Below are positions 59,228 through 64,000 of a DNA stretch of 64,000 bases, one piece after another. The translations under genes were made by a program, and so were the position numbers. How positions within the stretch are numbered: the first letter of the stretch is position 1; each line of letters opens with the position of its first letter. The notes under the pieces are model-generated. The model made no database searches. It saw only the letters and a list, made by a program, of their open reading frames with translations, and was not told where the DNA came from. The stretch is from Takakia lepidozioides (Eukaryota > Plantae > Bryophyta), in contig CM060733.1 in NCBI GenBank assembly GCA_030704615.1, positions 47,306,001 to 47,370,000 on the forward strand, read 5' to 3'.

Positions 59228-62200
59228 TTACCAGATGTAGTCATCTTCATCGCTACTACTTTCACTACACTCATGGTCAGTGTTGCAATCCTCACTATCT
59301 CGGTGCCATGGTTCGTCCCTTCGTGGGGGCCTCATCATAGCAATAGTAGCCATCTCAGCTTCAGTAAGGGTCGTTGAAGGTCCAAATTCTATGTTGGGAT
59401 TCACATCCTCCAATGCCTCCGCCACTTGCATCCTTACGCATGACTCATTCTCACCCAAGCTGACACCAGTGACATCATGTACCACGCGCCGTGAGCGCGG
59501 CTCCTTCTGAAGTACTACTTTCCAGTTACCAGCGTTGGAGGGCTCATCTGCAAAAAAAACTTGCTCGACTTGCCATGGAAATGTGAATGGTTCATCTCTC
59601 GGTGGCAACATGTGATCGAAGTCCACGAGTAGGAAACCATACTCATCCTTCTTCATGGTGCGGTTGCGACCTGTCAAGCTTGCTCTGACCCATTCACATA
59701 TGAATACTACATGAGTGACAGCACCATACTGAAGCTGTAAAATTTCACGAACAACACCAACATATTGCAGCTGGTTCATGACAGGGTTACCATCCACACC
59801 CCTTCCCGTTGACTCTTCGGCAAAAATCTGTGCAACCCCAGAGTCGAATGTGACATGGTAATCAACCACACCTGTTTCCACCACTCTGTAGTGATTTCCG
59901 TATGCCCACATAGACCGAAATGAACGAGCAACAAACCCTGGTGGCTTACACAGATGACGAATATTTGCATCATACTCTGCTCCTCTTAAACAACATTTTG
60001 TACTGCCGACTGTATCCACATATGAAAAGCAGGCAAAGGCAACATGTTTTCGGGGTATGGAACGGTGCGTTGGTGTGCTTTTCTCCCTTGGGTGGTGTAT
60101 GTGGCTCAAAATTCGGCTCTGGCTGATTCTATGGTGGCCTTCTCAATATCATAAAGTCTGGTCATACTCAATTCACACTTAGTCAGGACCATAGTATGTA
60201 CAAAGAGGCTGAGTGAAAATTGAGAATGCGCCAATTTTGTGTCCGGAAATGGCCCCCAGAGTTAGCATGTGAAGCCAAATAAATGATGTATACTTACCTC
60301 AGAAACGGTCTCATGCACGCCGTGTTGTGAAGCACATAGTCGTGTGCACTAGCCCGAAGCTCAACCGACAGTTTCCTTGGAGTTCCAAAGCCCTCTAATA
60401 CTTCTCCCGCAACACTTTCTTCTTCGTTGCAATCCCAGACCCTTCTACGAGTTCCTGGAAATGCAGCCATGTACTCTGTGAGGAGGCCAAGAGCCTCATC
60501 AAGAGAATACCTCCTGGCCATGCAACCTTCTGGCCGGGCATAGCTCTTCACATATCCCTTCAAATTTTTCATGTACCTCTCGATAGGGTACATCCAACGC
60601 GAACTAACAGGACCACAAACCTCCAATTCATTCACAAGGTGTAGCACAAGGTGGGTCATGAGATCAAAGAATGAGGGGGGAAACTCTTTCTCCAACAAAC
60701 AAAGCGTTACAACCACATCCTCCTTCAGGGCTGGTTCTTCATCAGGATCCACTATTTTCATGCACAATGCGCGAAATACACGAGATAGCTTCATGATTGC
60801 AAGCCTTGGACCTTTGCCCAGCAAACCTCGAATGCACAAAGGTAGAACTTGTTGCATCAGTAGATGGTAGTCATGACTCTTCATGTGTGAAAGCTTGTTC
60901 TTAGCAATATGTTTCTTAAATGAAGCACCATACCCTGTCGGTGTCTTTAGAGCACCCAAAGTTGCATAGAAGGTAGTAGTTTCCTGTCGATTCAACACGT
61001 AAGGAGCCTGCGGCTTCACCAACTTCCTGCCATCTCCGGGGTGGGGTTTTAACCATAAGTGAGGTCGTATGCCCTCATTCTCCATGTCCTTCCTGCTCTT
61101 TACTGTGTCCTTTTCCCCTAATATGGTGCGCAATATGTTTTCAGAAATGTTTTTTTCACAGTGCATAACATCAAGGGTATACCGTATCAACAAATCCTGC
61201 AATCATGGAACCACCATCAATATGGTATACTTTGATGGTAAAGCCAAGAGATGACATCTTAATAATGGGAAAAGGAAGAAACCAGCCTTGCATGCTACAG
61301 ACAGTATCCAGAGAGACAAAAGCCAGACATTTTCATGGAAACAACCATATTGCTGCTACATGTGCCATACATAGGCGACTCCAAACTTGCTTCATGCAAT
61401 TTGCATTAGGCTGAAATCTAAGTCGTGTGTGATGATCCTTACAACTGTATCCATGCAACTATGAAATCAGCCCTGCCACAAACAAACAATGAAGACATAC
61501 CCACCTTCCAATATGGCAGGTTCCAAAGGATCGACCTTCGCTTCATGCCATGGGATTTGGCAGGGCACACATTCCGGCGACGGCTGCCAAATGTTTCCAT
61601 GAACCTCTCGTTTTCCTCCGCATTTTGGAGCTGATCACAGTGGATACTTGGGGGGGGGGGGGGGGGTCTGTGATCGGAGGCTCCATTGAAGTGGTTGCGA
61701 TTGCGTCTATATGGATGGCCTGCTGGTAAGAATTTTCTGTGCCCTTGGTACACCATTTTGCTCAGTGCACTGGAGTGCCTGGCATCAAGATTGGGCCCGC
61801 ACACGGGACAAGCCTTGTAGCCCCCAACTGCACACCCTGCTAGCATGGCATATGCAGGATAGTCATGTACTGACCACATCAGAATGGCTCTCATGACAAA
61901 GGTCCTTGATCCTTCATTGCCAGATGCATCATTAGCCCTAACACCTTCCCACAACACGGTCAGCTCATCCACCAGAGGCTGCAAGAACACATCCGCATTG
62001 GTCTTCTTCACGGATGTCGGCCCTGGAATTAAGAGTGTCAACATCATAAAAAAAGGCTTTGTGCTCAGCCAAGGAGGAAGGTTGTAGTTCATGAGCAAGA
62101 CTGGCCACGTAGACCATTTTGTTGATTTATCACCAAAGGGATTGATACCATCCCATGCCAGACCTAGTCGCAAGTTGCGAGGTTCAGCTGCAAAAGCAGG

Positions 62201-63401
62201 CCATGTATCGTCAATGTATTTCCATGCAAGGCTGTCAGGCGGGTGTCTCATCTTCCCATCTTGACTTTGGTTCTCCATGTGCCACACCATAAGCTTAGAT
62301 ATCTCCTTGCACTTGTACATGCGCTGCAGCCGGGAATCAAGGGGAAATGCCGCAAGACCTTCTGTGGAACCAACGTCTTCATGCCAGGGATGTACCGAGG
62401 CGCCCCACATTTAGGGCAAGATGGTGCATCCTGCAGATCTCCCCTGTATAGCACACATCCCTTCTCACAAGCATGGATGCTATCGTAATTAAGCCCAACT
62501 TTTGTTATAAGTTTCTTCGCTTCGTAATGAGATTTGGGCAAAAAGTTCCCTTTAGGCAATAGATGTCCGTGAAAAGTTTCAGAAGCTCATCCATCGCTGC
62601 GTTTGTGACACCATGAGTAGCACTAACATTGAGCAAAAGCAACGTCGCACTCAAGCAGCTGGTGGGGCAGCCAACATACAGAGGTGTGGTTGCTTGATGC
62701 TGAAATTGGAAAGCAGCACCGTCATCCCCATCCCCATGACTTTGTCCATCATGATGGCGCTCGTCTTCTCCAAGCCCTTCATCCTCATTAATGGTGCTTT
62801 GCACATTATCTGCAACTGCAAATGTTTCCTGCAACATGCGAATGATGTCGACGTCGGGGTCTAGATTCTCTCCACCACGAACAGGAACAAGGCTAATCTG
62901 TCTTTCCACATCATCCTCAGGGGGGCTACGTTCTTCCACAAAGTCTTCGTCTTCGGAGTCGACACTCTCCACCTGCATGTTCACCTGCAAACTATAAGAG
63001 TATAGTCTTGTCCAAAATGTAACGTGTTGCATAAAACAGGGAATCTCCAAATTGACCGTGCTAGTTTCCATACAGTAGTCCACCATACATGTACAGTGGA
63101 GGGCCGTTCAACATTACCATTCTAAGGGCTTCATCCTAAGTTATGTCTGCGAGAAGTGAGGCGAGAGATGCACGTCACTCACCATGGGATAACCCAACAG
63201 TGGATCCCGGTCGTTGGCAAGCAAATGCAATTTGGCAGTTTCCACGAATTGGAGTCGACCCCCATGGCAGTCGTTGCAGGGACACATTATCTTTGAAATA
63301 CCCAGTCTAGTTGCACGTCGTTCCTCGATTTGCCAAAGTCCTGCGTCAGTGTGGGGCACCGCAGTGCGGCGCCGGGTGTTTCTAGTTCCGGCCTCTCTCA
63401 T
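59228..63401 (-). pseudogene. CACTA TnpD-like transposase (Transpos_assoc, Transposase_21, DUF4218, DUF4216), intron-containing, frameshifted
   Basis: CPCNDC..HL, IHACEKGC, CPKC, RNLRLGLAWDGINPF, STWPV, YNLPPW, DYPAY, LDVMHCEKN, KSHDYH, FPPSFFDLMTHL, WMYPIERYMK, EPFTFPWQVEQVFF. Confidence 0.93.
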
Positions 63402-63627
63402 CCCCCACGAAACGCTTCTGGGTTTGGCTAGTTTTTGAAGTGGGAAGTCAGCGAGTGCTCGGATGTGGGGAACCTACGTTTGTGCTTGCAGGCGTTGGAG
63501 TATTCGTATGGCGGGTCCACCTCCCCTCTGTTTCCTACATGCGCTCCTTCTATTGTTTGATCAGTAGATCATGGTAGTCTTGTTTGAGGTCGATTACTGC
63601 GATTTGAGCGACGAGGAGGAACCCGCC

Positions 63628-63758
63628 ATGGCACGGACACGCAAGGCCTCTACACCCGACACCCCTCCACGCACTGCCTACGAGGAAGAGCGAGAGAGGC
63701 GCATAGCGGCCAACAAGGAGACGTTGGCTCAGCTGAACATTGGGAGCGTTGCGCGCAG
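63628..63758 (+). CDS. First exon of a divergently oriented gene with a YEEERERRIAANKETLAQLNI motif
   Basis: GCCATGG start context, CAG|GTGAGC donor, and a YExxRxxxIxxNxxxLxxL motif. Confidence 0.5.
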
Positions 63759-64000
63759 GTGAGCAGATCACCCTTGTCCTTAGTATGCATGCTACACAGG
63801 TAGTGAGTAGGGGTTTCCCACCACATTAGCCTACTGCTTTTCCCTCCCATAGGTTTCATGGTGATGGCACTTTCACGATCGCCTTTTGTTTAGGGCAAGA
63901 TTCACACAGGGTTTTGGAAATGTGTGCGCAGCATAGCTAGGAGTGTACAACGGCCAACTAGGAGCTCCAAAGTTGTGTGGAACGGGCCTCCTCGACAAAG

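Larger units (their letters stand above)
50450..64000 (-). mobile_element. CACTA (En/Spm) transposon, extends beyond the window
   Basis: CACTAAAAG terminus at 50450 exactly where gypsy gag similarity stops; subterminal ttaccac/aacgac repeats; TnpD-like and TnpA-like genes. Confidence 0.88.

Noticed and set aside
61650-61666. Poly-G run as a G-quadruplex or regulatory site
   Set aside because: It is the antisense of a poly-proline stretch in the transposase and a likely slippage or sequencing frameshift.

Overview
Eukaryotic genomic DNA, very probably from a non-flowering land plant (inferred from the GT-AG introns, a KIF7/KIF27-type kinesin-4 and plant-type transposons). Bases 1-15 kb hold a multi-exon kinesin-4 gene on the minus strand whose 3' end runs off the window. 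The remaining 49 kb is a transposon cluster. It contains a Ty1/copia element with a half-tRNA PBS and truncated 3' LTR (16617-21368), a young Ty3/gypsy element (22542-33887), a TTAA-flanked piggyBac-like MITE, and a Mutator-like MITE containing a complete hAT element and another MITE. It also contains a ~260-bp tandem array, a second decayed gypsy copy, and a CACTA element (50450 to beyond 64000) carrying extra genes, including an FCP1-like HAD phosphatase domain. The main candidate novelty is the gypsy element. It encodes a DNMT3-like cytosine methyltransferase between protease and RT, and a PHD finger after a DDE integrase. It has a self-complementary (Tf1-type) primer site. Its LTRs are split and permuted (B-internal-A-B-A). 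The integrated TG...CA ends and the 4-bp TSD fall at a palindrome (GACA-GC-TGTC) in the middle of the LTR defined by PPT and PBS, as if a 2-LTR circle had been opened at an internal att site. All alignments were done by eye; no database searches were run.
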